Below are positions 1 through 8,626 of a stretch of DNA of 64,000 nt, piece by piece (positions within the stretch are counted from its first letter, which is position 1; the number at the start of each line of letters is the position of its first letter). This DNA comes from Candidatus Wolframiiraptor gerlachensis. GTDB lineage: Archaea > Thermoproteota > Nitrososphaeria_A > Caldarchaeales > Wolframiiraptoraceae. The stretch spans positions 1 to 64,000 of the forward strand of contig JAJPCT020000016.1 in the NCBI GenBank assembly GCA_021323375.2, written 5' to 3'. The notes under the pieces are model-generated. The model saw nothing but the letters and a program-made list of their open reading frames with translations. It searched no databases and was not told where the DNA came from. The position numbers and the translations under genes are program-made.

Positions 1-843
1 TAATAGCATTGTAAAATAATCCCCACGCTCACTTCTAAATTCGGCATGAGTAAATGGTATGCTGAGCAACAGCTTTCTGAAGTCCTCCATAGCCTTTACT
101 CTGACCATTAACGGAAGTATAAAGAGCTGAGGGTTCATATGAGGAACCCAAAAGACCGTGAAGAAGTTTATTAGATTCCTAGCATGTTTATAATGCTTGC
201 TAATTGTTTGACGCGTTAAATTGAACTTTCGAGCTATAATGCTATACTTTAATGGAATTATTCCCTTTTGAAGCTCCTTCACTAAGACAAGATCAATCTC
301 ATCTATCTTGGGCTGTGGATCAGGATATTCCGGTATTTCTGGAACTTCTCGGGATTTCCTCATGCTAATCCAGTCTTGAATCCATACTCCTCTTGAGAAG
401 TCAAAGAATTCAACCATGAAAGGAAGAGGTCTCATATATGCAAGCTTACATACATCCGTTCCCTTAATTAGATCCATTGATTGAAGCAAGTTCATGAATT
501 CTAAAAAGTCCTTTTCATAACTTGGCGGTATAGTGAAAATTACGAAAAACTTTTTCTCGGTCATTAAGTAGGTATAGTAATCTAGGTACGCATATTCTCC
601 TAGTAGGTCTAATATCTTAGAGATGTAATGGGCGGGATAGTTGCTCTGGAATGTTACAAGATACCTTTGCAGGCCTAGTGCTCCATAGTTTATTGATGGC
701 CTGATGGAGAGTCCTAGTTTTGGTAGTCTTTTTAGTAGTATGTATCTTACTGTTGAGACTGGGATACCTGTAGCTCTTGATATGTCGGAGAATCTGGGGC
801 CGACTTTCATTAATGCTTCTACTACTTTTCTAGTTTCCTCCAA
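1..843 (-). CDS. Lrp/AsnC-like transcriptional regulator with tandem wHTH domains (partial, runs off window start)
   Basis: Not in the ORF track. Hand-translated from TTG at 843: MEETRKVVEALMKVGPRFSDISRATGIPVSTVRYIL...INYGALGL...IDEIDLVLVKELQKG...YSIIARKFNLTRQTISKHY. Two HTH signatures, open to position 1. Confidence 0.7.
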   Translation of the reverse strand, partial: MEETRKVVEALMKVGPRFSDISRATGIPVSTVRYILLKRLPKLGLSIRPSINYGALGLQRYLVTFQSNYPAHYISKILDLLGEYAYLDYYTYLMTEKKFFVIFTIPPSYEKDFLEFMNLLQSMDLIKGTDVCKLAYMRPLPFMVEFFDFSRGVWIQDWISMRKSREVPEIPEYPDPQPKIDEIDLVLVKELQKGIIPLKYSIIARKFNLTRQTISKHYKHARNLINFFTVFWVPHMNPQLFILPLMVRVKAMEDFRKLLLSIPFTHAEFRSERGDYFTMLL

Positions 844-862
844 CCCCCATTCCCTTCCGTCT

Positions 863-1285
863 CTAAGCTTCCTTTAAAACTTGAGGTGTCTCGATTATCT
901 TGGGCTTCACGCTTCGAAAATTTGCAACTTTCTCCAGCGCTTGTATGAGCGTGTCTATGGCATCTTTCTCTCCGCGTATAAGTGATCTCGCGAGTGTGTC
1001 CGGGTCTATTGTTGTGATGTTTGATCTTAATAGGAGGCGTTTGAGGAGTAGCTTTAGGAAGATAAGGCTGCCCTCGTTTCCGAAGATTGGTGTTAGCGCG
1101 TTATAATATAGCTGGGGTTCTCTTAATAGCAGCTTATGGGGGCTTGTCTCGGGATAATTCTTGGAGAGCTGGTACTCGAGGACCTTTAACGCGCTGCTTC
1201 CGAGAAGCTCCTCGAGGATTGACCTGAGGATGGAGGCGTATCGATCTTCCTTGGACATGTTTTCAGTAAAATACTGTCGGGGCAT
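863..1285 (-). CDS. Small helical protein, DUF3227/Nitrososphaera output-domain-like (KaiC-associated)
   Basis: LEELLGSSALKVLEYQL...EPQLYYNALTPIFG pattern; clear paralogue of 3898-4275. Confidence 0.55.
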   Translation of the reverse strand: MPRQYFTENMSKEDRYASILRSILEELLGSSALKVLEYQLSKNYPETSPHKLLLREPQLYYNALTPIFGNEGSLIFLKLLLKRLLLRSNITTIDPDTLARSLIRGEKDAIDTLIQALEKVANFRSVKPKIIETPQVLKEA

Positions 1286-1442
1286 GGATATATATTTTTA
1301 CAAATTTTCTTCAATTCTTTTGCAAAAATGTAAAGAAAGTCGCCTTGAATGCTGGTACCGGTTTATATATTTTTCTCGAGATGGCCATAAGCTATGCGTA
1401 AAAACCTATCATGTTCGGGATCTATAGGATATTGGAGGGGTC

Positions 1443-2489
1443 GTGGGGAGGGTTTATCCGCCTAAGCCCATCTCGTGTGGTATTCTTCTCTCCTACAAGT
1501 GCACCTCGGTTTGTAGGCATTGTATGTATGCTTGTTCTCCATCTTGGAGTGACGACTGGATCTCGGAGGGTGATTTGAGTAGGATATTGGACCAGCTTTC
1601 AGGTAGTATTGCGCCTGCGCCTGGTGGTTCGTCGAGGATCGGCGTCAATTATGGTCTTCATTTTACTGGCGGTGAGCCGTTCCTTAATTATAGGCTTCTC
1701 TTGAGGGCTGTTGAGCTCGCGGAGGATTATGATATACCGTCGGTTTTTGTTGAGACGAATTGTTTCTGGTGTGTGAGCCGTGAGAGGGCTGAGGAGATGC
1801 TTCTTGAGCTGAGGCGAGCTGGCCTCGATGGCGTGCTCGTCAGCGTTAACCCGTTTCTCGTGGAGTATACGCCGTTTGAGAGGCTGGTGCTGGTGGCTGA
1901 GCTGGCTGAGAGGATATTTGATGGTGGCCTGATAATCTATCAGCGTGAGTTCTATGATCAGTTTAGGAGGATTGGGCTTCGGGGGACTATGAGCTTCGAG
2001 GAATATTTGGCGAGGCTTGGTGTTAATGGGTTGAGATGGGCTGAGCTTCTGCCGATGGGGAGGGCGTGCTATAAGCTTCGAGAATTGTTTAGGAGGTATC
2101 CCGCGAAGGTCTTCTTCGATGAGGATTGTAGGGGTAGCTTGCTGAGGAGCTGGCATGCTCATATTGATAATTATGGTAACCTCATCACTGGGTATTGCGC
2201 CGGCTTATCGCTCGGCGATGCTAGGAGGCTTGATGAGCTTGTTGAGGGGGGCTTGGATCTCGATGAGAGGCCCATCCTCGGCATGCTCATCCTCGAGGAT
2301 CTTGGGAGCCTATACAGGTTCGCGGTCAAGGAGTATAACTATGTGGAGAGGAGTGATGGCTATATCTCGAAATGCGACCTATGCCTCGATATTAGGAGGC
2401 ATATTGTTGAGCAGGCTGGTGCTGATGAGTATCCGGAGCTAGCGCCCCGGGAGTTCTACAAGCACTTGGAGGAGGAGCGAGGGGGCTAG
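1443..2489 (+). CDS. Radical SAM protein
   Basis: CxxxCxxC (CTSVCRHC), FTGGEPF and ETN motifs; C-terminal CDLC. Confidence 0.9.
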   Translation: MGRVYPPKPISCGILLSYKCTSVCRHCMYACSPSWSDDWISEGDLSRILDQLSGSIAPAPGGSSRIGVNYGLHFTGGEPFLNYRLLLRAVELAEDYDIPSVFVETNCFWCVSRERAEEMLLELRRAGLDGVLVSVNPFLVEYTPFERLVLVAELAERIFDGGLIIYQREFYDQFRRIGLRGTMSFEEYLARLGVNGLRWAELLPMGRACYKLRELFRRYPAKVFFDEDCRGSLLRSWHAHIDNYGNLITGYCAGLSLGDARRLDELVEGGLDLDERPILGMLILEDLGSLYRFAVKEYNYVERSDGYISKCDLCLDIRRHIVEQAGADEYPELAPREFYKHLEEERGG

Positions 2490-3901
2490 GTGATTGGGAT
2501 GAGCCTTGTCTCGTAGCATCCTCTCTCAGTTTCTACCTTTACGGCATGTAAGGGTATCATAGGCTTGATGCCATAGAGGAGGAGACACCCGTGTCTTCTT
2601 GTAAGTTTCAAGTGGATGGAAGCTATTGAGGATATTTTTCTGGTGAGCTTCGGATACGAGGATTTATCTGCTAGGAGGCTTAAAGCATTATTCCTCCTAG
2701 TCCAAGCCGCAATTCTCGAGACTATCTTCAGCACATCCTCGAGCTCGTAGTTGAATTCAAGCGAATCCATGCTTACCACGATTAAGGGTGGGCTCCCAAC
2801 CTCTTTCATTAGCTCATCAGCAGAGGATTCGATTTTCTCGATTAATGAGCCTATGCCAGCCTTTGGATCATATGTTATTATATTTGTTGTAGAGAGCTGG
2901 TTAACAGCCTCTACTGCTAGGAAGTGTCTTGCGAGCTTTCGTTCGTCTTCGGGAAGCGCGTAACTCTCATAGAATGCTTCTAGATCTTTCGGACTACTCC
3001 CTATTCCAGGGATCGTTATTATCGGCCTTTTGTTTCGGAGGAAGTTGGCCGAATGTGGCCAGATTAACATTCTATATTGATCCCTAGTTACCCTCGCGTC
3101 TATTTCTAGGAGTATTGTTGAGCCCTTTGGATACCCTCCTAAAGCCTCATCCAAATCCTTTAGCCCGCTGGAGTATCTACCGGGCGGGTCTGGAATTGGG
3201 TCAGGGGTTTTCGGGTTCTCGAGTACTGGTGGCTTGTATGGTGGGAAGGCTATGAATCCTGCTCCGAGCGTGTAACACGCTATTTTACTTCTTATTGGGA
3301 GTCCTCTCAGCTTCTCGATCTTCATTCTCCTGATGAACCTATTCTCTATTATGTCCTTCTCGAGTAGTATGACTGCTGAGGCTACGAATTCCTCGAAGCC
3401 GTATCCTATCCTCGTCTCGCCGACTGGGACCTCCTCGATTAGTATTGTCGTGCATCCTAGGCCTCTCATTATCCTTGAGAGGAGTGTGTGGAGGAAGACT
3501 CTGAGCTCTCTCGGCTCCCTCATCCCTTGGGCGAGGGCTGAGAGGGAGTCTATGACCAGCCTCTGGGCTCCGAATGACGATGCCTCCGCTATTATTGTCT
3601 CGAGGAGCTCAGCCATACCGGCCTCCATCACCGTTAGGGCGTCGAGGAAGCGGAAGAGCCCGCGATCCTCCAGCTCCTTGAAGTCGTAGCCGATTCGCTT
3701 CATGTTTCTGATGAATGTCTCATGATCCTCGGCGAGTGAGACATAGAGGCCCTTCTCGCCGTATTTCACCGCGCCCCAGTATAGGAATCCCGCCGAGAAT
3801 ATTGTCTTCCCTGTTCCCGGGCCTCCAGCTATTATCACGAGCTCTCCTTTTGGCAGGCCTCCTATCAGCTCGTCTAAGCCGGGTATCCCGCTTGGATTCA
3901 T
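2486..3901 (-). CDS. KaiC/RAD55-family ATPase with active N-terminal and degenerate C-terminal RecA domain
   Basis: SGIPGLDELIGG, Walker A GGPGTGKT, RLVIDS, IEKLRG; the second domain starts SSGLKDLDEALGGYPKGS but has no Walker A. Confidence 0.9.
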   Translation of the reverse strand: MNPSGIPGLDELIGGLPKGELVIIAGGPGTGKTIFSAGFLYWGAVKYGEKGLYVSLAEDHETFIRNMKRIGYDFKELEDRGLFRFLDALTVMEAGMAELLETIIAEASSFGAQRLVIDSLSALAQGMREPRELRVFLHTLLSRIMRGLGCTTILIEEVPVGETRIGYGFEEFVASAVILLEKDIIENRFIRRMKIEKLRGLPIRSKIACYTLGAGFIAFPPYKPPVLENPKTPDPIPDPPGRYSSGLKDLDEALGGYPKGSTILLEIDARVTRDQYRMLIWPHSANFLRNKRPIITIPGIGSSPKDLEAFYESYALPEDERKLARHFLAVEAVNQLSTTNIITYDPKAGIGSLIEKIESSADELMKEVGSPPLIVVSMDSLEFNYELEDVLKIVSRIAAWTRRNNALSLLADKSSYPKLTRKISSIASIHLKLTRRHGCLLLYGIKPMIPLHAVKVETERGCYETRLIPIT

Positions 3902-4275
3902 CTGATGCCACCTCCCATTCTGCGTTGGGAGGAGCAGAGGATTGCGAAGAAGTGGGTCTTGAGCTCCTGATCGCCGCTCTCGAGGATCTCGATGATCTGG
4001 CTTGGTGTCAGGCCCTGTATCCCGCTCTCCCTTATCAGGGTCTTAGCTAGGACTATGAGGAGGCCTCTAGCCCCGGGGCCGAAGAATGCTCTCAAGCCAT
4101 CACAGAGAAGCCTTGGATCCTCGTAGAGGGCTTCATATGGATCCTTCCCGAGAAATCTCCTGAGATGGAGCTCGAGGATTCGGGAACCATTCTCGCCGAA
4201 GATCGATCTCATGGCATTCTTGAAGGCCTTCTTGACTATGCTTGGCTCAAGATACTCCTCGACCAATCCCCCCAT
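3898..4275 (-). CDS. Small helical protein, DUF3227-like, translationally coupled to KaiC gene
   Basis: IFGENGSRILELHL...LYEDPRLLCDGLRAFFG; 4-nt overlap with the KaiC start. Confidence 0.55.
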   Translation of the reverse strand: MGGLVEEYLEPSIVKKAFKNAMRSIFGENGSRILELHLRRFLGKDPYEALYEDPRLLCDGLRAFFGPGARGLLIVLAKTLIRESGIQGLTPSQIIEILESGDQELKTHFFAILCSSQRRMGGGIR

Positions 4276-4446
4276 CCCAAGCTTTAATGCGAATGGCTTC
4301 TAAGATAAGGCTTACGCATAATTATCTCGCAGAGCTGCTATCGGACTCGTGGCCAAAATGTTTAAGGATCATCGTTTTCTCCACGGCCAGCATGGTCTCC
4401 AGCATAAAGCATATATAAGGGTAATTTTGAGAGTTTTCGCGAGAAG

Positions 4447-4878
4447 ATGGTTAGAAGGGTTTCGAGAAGGGGTCTATCGCCGCTACTCGCTATAATAATC
4501 GGCCTAGTCGTGACTATTGTCGCGGGAATACTGCTAGCACAGCTATACTTCAGCTACGCGGCAACGCTATCATCAAGACCAGCAGCAAACATAGAATATG
4601 TGGATCTAGTCGTCCCGACTGGAAGCACAACGGGAACATTAGTAATCTCTATAAAAAATACAGGCAATATCTACATAGAATCTGGAACGGTGAAAAGAGA
4701 CGGTACTACTCCTATTGAATGCAGTATTCCTAAAATATATCCCGGAGGCGTGAATAGCACCGTTTGCTCTGTTCCTGATGTTGTACCAGGCCAAGGCTAC
4801 ACGTTCACAGTATCGTTAAGCTTCGCGGACAAGAGCAATCAGACATTAGCGGTAGTTGCAAGGGCTAGGACAGCATAA
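4447..4878 (+). CDS. Archaeal type IV pilin
   Basis: Class III signal peptide RRG^LSPLLAIIIGLVVTIVAG followed by a beta-rich domain with IKNTG motif and two Cys. Confidence 0.85.
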   Translation: MVRRVSRRGLSPLLAIIIGLVVTIVAGILLAQLYFSYAATLSSRPAANIEYVDLVVPTGSTTGTLVISIKNTGNIYIESGTVKRDGTTPIECSIPKIYPGGVNSTVCSVPDVVPGQGYTFTVSLSFADKSNQTLAVVARARTA

Positions 4879-5037
4879 ATTCAAACAAACAATCATTTTT
4901 ATTTTGGCTGAGAATTGTAGAAATTAATTACTCCATTTTACAGATGATATCTTTCTTTAAGATTAATAAGTAGTTATAAGTAGTTTATGAACTTAAGCAG
5001 ATCCTCCCGTACGCTCTATTAATCTCGTAGAAGCCTC

Positions 5038-5259
5038 TCATGTTTTCAATCTCTCTCCCAGCTGGTTTAGCCGGATTCGGTAAGGACATGTTAGAATGGT
5101 TTCCAGAGTGTTTCTTTCTACGAGTCGTGGTAGTAGGTTTATATCGTCTACTATCGCGTCGGCTCCTTTCCGGATGAATATTTCCAGAGCATGCGGGTTT
5201 GTTAGGACTCCTGTGAAGAGGGCGTTAAGCCCTATTCCCTCTGACGGGGAGGTCACCAC
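5038..5259 (-). pseudogene. C-terminal fragment resembling a HAD-family hydrolase
   Basis: FTGVLT...GADAIVDDINLL resembles a HAD C-terminus; no N-terminal DxD domain fits before the rnpB 3' end. Confidence 0.45.
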
Positions 5260-5331
5260 AATTACTGATACAATATTAAGTCCGAGATATAGGTTAGAAG
5301 ACCTTCTCCACGGTTGTCCCGAATTTTATGC

Positions 5332-5642
5332 GGGGGCGTGCGGCGGTAGCCCTCCTTCTGTGTTGAGGCGGGATTCGTCTAGTCGGCTCGGAGGAGCCTC
5401 GCCGGGAGGCGTGCTCATAGGCCCCTCACCCTTTCCCCGCGCGGGACGCCCGTTTCACCCAATCCCACGCCCTCGCTCATCGGCTTCACCGCGCCGAGTC
5501 ATCCTCATCCGGGCGTGGGAGGTCTCGTTTCTGCGGCGTTGCCCGGGGTCTCCCCCGGGTGCCTCACGGCACCGCGCGCCTCCCGGAGTGGGGGAGGAAC
5601 TTCCTCGGGAGCTCCCCGTGGCCCGCCCCGCCGCTCGCCCCC
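5332..5642 (-). ncRNA. rnpB: RNase P RNA
   Basis: GC-rich island. Minus strand carries GAGGAAGUUCCUCC and ACAGAAGGAGGGCUAC (P4 pseudoknot halves), GCAGAAAC and GGUGAAACGG; terminal P1 helix GGGGGCGAGCGGCGG / CCGCCGCACGCCCCC. Confidence 0.93.
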
Positions 5643-5699
5643 AGCAAAACATATTACCAGTCTTTTATTTCAGGCTTGCCCTCCTCTAGGGGATGGGCT

Positions 5700-6485
5700 C
5701 TAGGTCAGGTCTCCACACTCGCATAAGGCATCGTTTATCAGGTTGTATAGGTCTTGCATGCCCTGCCCGGTCTTCGCCGAGGTTCTCACAATCCTCATGG
5801 CCTTCGAGTACTCCCTTACCAAGTTCATGAATTTTGCCGAGAGCTCTGCGGCGAGCCCATGCTCCTCCAACGCTATCCTCTCCACAAGCTCGGACTCATT
5901 GAGCAGCATCTTCTCGAGCTCAATGCCGCCGCTGAGCAGATCCACCTTGTTTACCACGGAGACTACTGGGATTCTGAGCCTAAGCCTCGTTATAATGGAC
6001 ATTGAGACTCCGACCGCGAGGCCGGAGAGGCTCGAGGCGAGAAACGGGTCGAGTATGTAGACGGCGACAGCCCTCGATCCCTCTGATAACCTCTCAACTA
6101 TCCTTGGCCCCATCTCCCTGAAGAGGAAGAGCTCCATTTGCCCCGGCGTATCGATGAGCCTGAAGCCAGCACCATCAATAGACCGTATTCTCGCGACAAC
6201 ATCATCTAGCCTCTCCTCAATTATCTCAGCCGCCCTAATCATCGCACCATTCGGTCCGAGACCAGCCTCCCTCATCAAGTCATCAACTCTCACAAGGGAC
6301 CTAACATCATAATCAGGCTCATATGGAAGCCTCAGGACGCCGGGATCCAAGTTAACATAGATGGGCCTCTCACCAAGCTCCTCCTCAAGCCACCTGCCAA
6401 ACGATGCGACCATCGAGGTCTTACCACACCCAGCAGGCCCAATCATCACAACACTTATCCAAGCATTCATCCAAGACAGATCCAC
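5700..6485 (-). CDS. GPN-loop GTPase
   Basis: GPAGCGKT, NLDPG, GLGPNGA, DTPGQME, NKVD and SAK motifs. Confidence 0.95.
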   Translation of the reverse strand: MDLSWMNAWISVVMIGPAGCGKTSMVASFGRWLEEELGERPIYVNLDPGVLRLPYEPDYDVRSLVRVDDLMREAGLGPNGAMIRAAEIIEERLDDVVARIRSIDGAGFRLIDTPGQMELFLFREMGPRIVERLSEGSRAVAVYILDPFLASSLSGLAVGVSMSIITRLRLRIPVVSVVNKVDLLSGGIELEKMLLNESELVERIALEEHGLAAELSAKFMNLVREYSKAMRIVRTSAKTGQGMQDLYNLINDALCECGDLT

Positions 6486-6581
6486 GCAACCTTAAATTTA
6501 AGTTAGTGATCATGCCCCTCGAGTTAAATACGCCATCAACTCAGGAAAGAATAATATAATCGCCTTAAGATACAATATCCT

Positions 6582-6642
6582 CGGATGATGTATGCGGCCG
6601 TATCTGATCGCCGTGGATGATGAGTGCGTGCTTAGCTGATTA
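6582..6642 (+). ncRNA. Box C/D 2'-O-methylation guide sRNA
   Basis: C box ATGATGT (6585-91), 12-nt guide, D' CTGA (6604-07), C' ATGATGA (6617-23), 12-nt guide, D CTGA (6636-39). Intergenic, with an AT-rich TATA-like element about 30 nt upstream. The D' guide is complementary to conserved 16S UACGGCCGCA. Confidence 0.85.
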
Positions 6643-6657
6643 ATCTGCGAAAAGTCT

Positions 6658-7629
6658 TCACTTCATTATCCTTATTCTTCTCCGGTCTATCGTCAGGATC
6701 GCCATTGTTATGGCGATGGCTCCGAAGATTATCATCCTGACATTAAGGTCTATTGCGAGCATGCTCAGCCCTGAGTCCAGCCATCTGATGATCAGGACCC
6801 CGAGCAGGGTTCTGTGAACTCCGCCCACGCCTCCGGTTAACGCGGTTCCCCCGACCACGACGCTCGCGAACAGCGGTATCATGTCGAGAACCCCCACTTG
6901 CATATGTGCGCCCTGAATCTGCGATGCATAGAGTATTCCAGCTATGCTGGCGAGCAAAGAGCAGATCATGAAGACAAGCGTTCTCACCATCCTGACATTT
7001 ATGCCAGCCAGCCGCGCTCCAACGATATTGCTACCCACCGCGTAAACCATCCTGCCGAAAGGCGTCATAAAAGTCAGGAATACACATATTGCCCAGATTG
7101 CTATAGCCCAGTAAAATATTGATGGTAATCCAAGTATCATGGTCGTGGAGATGGCTCTGAAAGCCGGGTCTGTGATCATCCTCGTATATCCTCCGGAGAT
7201 TACCTGCGCCAGCCCCTCGGCCACCATCGATGTCGCGAGTGTCGCCATGAACGATGGTATATTAAATCTAGCTAGCAGGATGCCATTAATGAATCCGAAG
7301 AGAAGCCCAACCATGATCGCCACAATTATCGAGGAGAATCCTATTGATGGATAGAGCACGGCAAATATCATCGCCGAAAGTTTTAGTACGCTGGGCACTG
7401 AGAAGTCAAATGATCCCATAAGTATCACAAGCGTCAAGCCGCATGCGGCGATGAGGAACCAAGACATCCCATAAACTAGTGTTATAACACTGTCCCAGCT
7501 CGTCAGGAAGTAGGGGTTTGCCATCCTAAGAGCGATCACTAGCGCGATGAAGCCCATAGCGGGTATTATCGTGTTAATATTCCTCTGGAGCCATTCTCGG
7601 GAGAACCAAGCTTGAGCCATCTTCAACAC
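6658..7629 (-). CDS. Sugar ABC transporter permease (RbsC-like)
   Basis: GSFDFS, FGRMVYAVGSN..GARLAGI and VVVGGTALTGG motifs. Confidence 0.92.
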   Translation of the reverse strand: MLKMAQAWFSREWLQRNINTIIPAMGFIALVIALRMANPYFLTSWDSVITLVYGMSWFLIAACGLTLVILMGSFDFSVPSVLKLSAMIFAVLYPSIGFSSIIVAIMVGLLFGFINGILLARFNIPSFMATLATSMVAEGLAQVISGGYTRMITDPAFRAISTTMILGLPSIFYWAIAIWAICVFLTFMTPFGRMVYAVGSNIVGARLAGINVRMVRTLVFMICSLLASIAGILYASQIQGAHMQVGVLDMIPLFASVVVGGTALTGGVGGVHRTLLGVLIIRWLDSGLSMLAIDLNVRMIIFGAIAITMAILTIDRRRIRIMK

Positions 7630-7633
7630 CTCC

Positions 7634-8626
7634 TTACGCTATCAAAGCCCCCTTGAGAGCTCTGGATGCCGCGACCACTGCTCCCAATAGCAACGTCCCA
7701 ACATATAGCTTGAGATGGTTTGGATCCACTCCTGGCAGGAGGAATAGCCCGTTGAATATGAGGACATAAACCAGCGCTCCGAGCAGTGTTCTATGCGGTC
7801 CTCCCATGCCACCTGCAAGAGGAGTTCCTCCGAGCACTATGGCTGCGAGTCCTCTTACAAGCTCACTGGGGTCGAAGTCTACCCTTGTCTGGCATCCAAG
7901 GTGAACAAAAATAGCTATTGAGCCAAGTCCTGTTAACAGTCCACTGAGCGTGAAGGCTAGTATCTTATATTTTTCCACATTTATCCCAGCAAGCTTCGCT
8001 CCCTCCTCATTCGACCCTATCGCACAAAAGTATGTGCCCAGCTTCGTGAAGAACATTATGAATAGAGCGAGCACTATTACAGGAAGAGCTAGCAGGAAGG
8101 GTGATGGAATATATGGTATGGGTGACTCCCGCAGGAAGTTATATGCGGGAACCGTTAGTGTGAGAACTCCTGAGACATTCCTTACATAGGTTGTTAGAAA
8201 GGCAAATACCGCGGTCACGGCGATCGTTAATATGAATGATGGTACCTTGGCCTTCACATGGATCACACCATTAAAGAGTCCTACCAGCAGGCCGAAGATC
8301 GGGTATATCATTATTGATGCTAGCCCCAGGTAAGGGTATAGTAGCCAGACGAGAGCTCCACCAAACATCCATATACCCATGTATGATACGTCAATAGAAC
8401 CGAGTAGTATCACGAAGGTCGGCCCCACAGCCAACATCGATGTAACGGCGAAGTTCTTCAGTATAGCCACCAAGTTACCCGTTGACAGGAATTTATCAGG
8501 TACTAGCGCTGAGAATATCGCGACCAGCGCAATTATCGCCCATACGGCTGGGTTCGCCTTTACCAGCCTCCATATGGAGGTCGCGACCACTGAACCTATT
8601 CTCAGTCCTTCTAACCCACTCTTCAT
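7634..8626 (-). CDS. Sugar ABC transporter permease (RbsC-like)
   Basis: GSIDVS, AIGSNEEGAKLAGI and IVLGGTPLAGG motifs. Confidence 0.92.
   Translation of the reverse strand: MKSGLEGLRIGSVVATSIWRLVKANPAVWAIIALVAIFSALVPDKFLSTGNLVAILKNFAVTSMLAVGPTFVILLGSIDVSYMGIWMFGGALVWLLYPYLGLASIMIYPIFGLLVGLFNGVIHVKAKVPSFILTIAVTAVFAFLTTYVRNVSGVLTLTVPAYNFLRESPIPYIPSPFLLALPVIVLALFIMFFTKLGTYFCAIGSNEEGAKLAGINVEKYKILAFTLSGLLTGLGSIAIFVHLGCQTRVDFDPSELVRGLAAIVLGGTPLAGGMGGPHRTLLGALVYVLIFNGLFLLPGVDPNHLKLYVGTLLLGAVVAASRALKGALIA

Noticed and set aside
4297-4309. 13-bp CTTCTAAGATAAG shared upstream of the KaiC operon and cdvB (24646-24658)
   Set aside because: It contains a TATA-like CTTATCT core also seen before pyk, and one such match is plausible by chance in AT-rich intergenic DNA.
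5096-5703. ORFs of 197, 65 and 62 aa
   Set aside because: They overlap the RNase P RNA gene and show no protein motifs.
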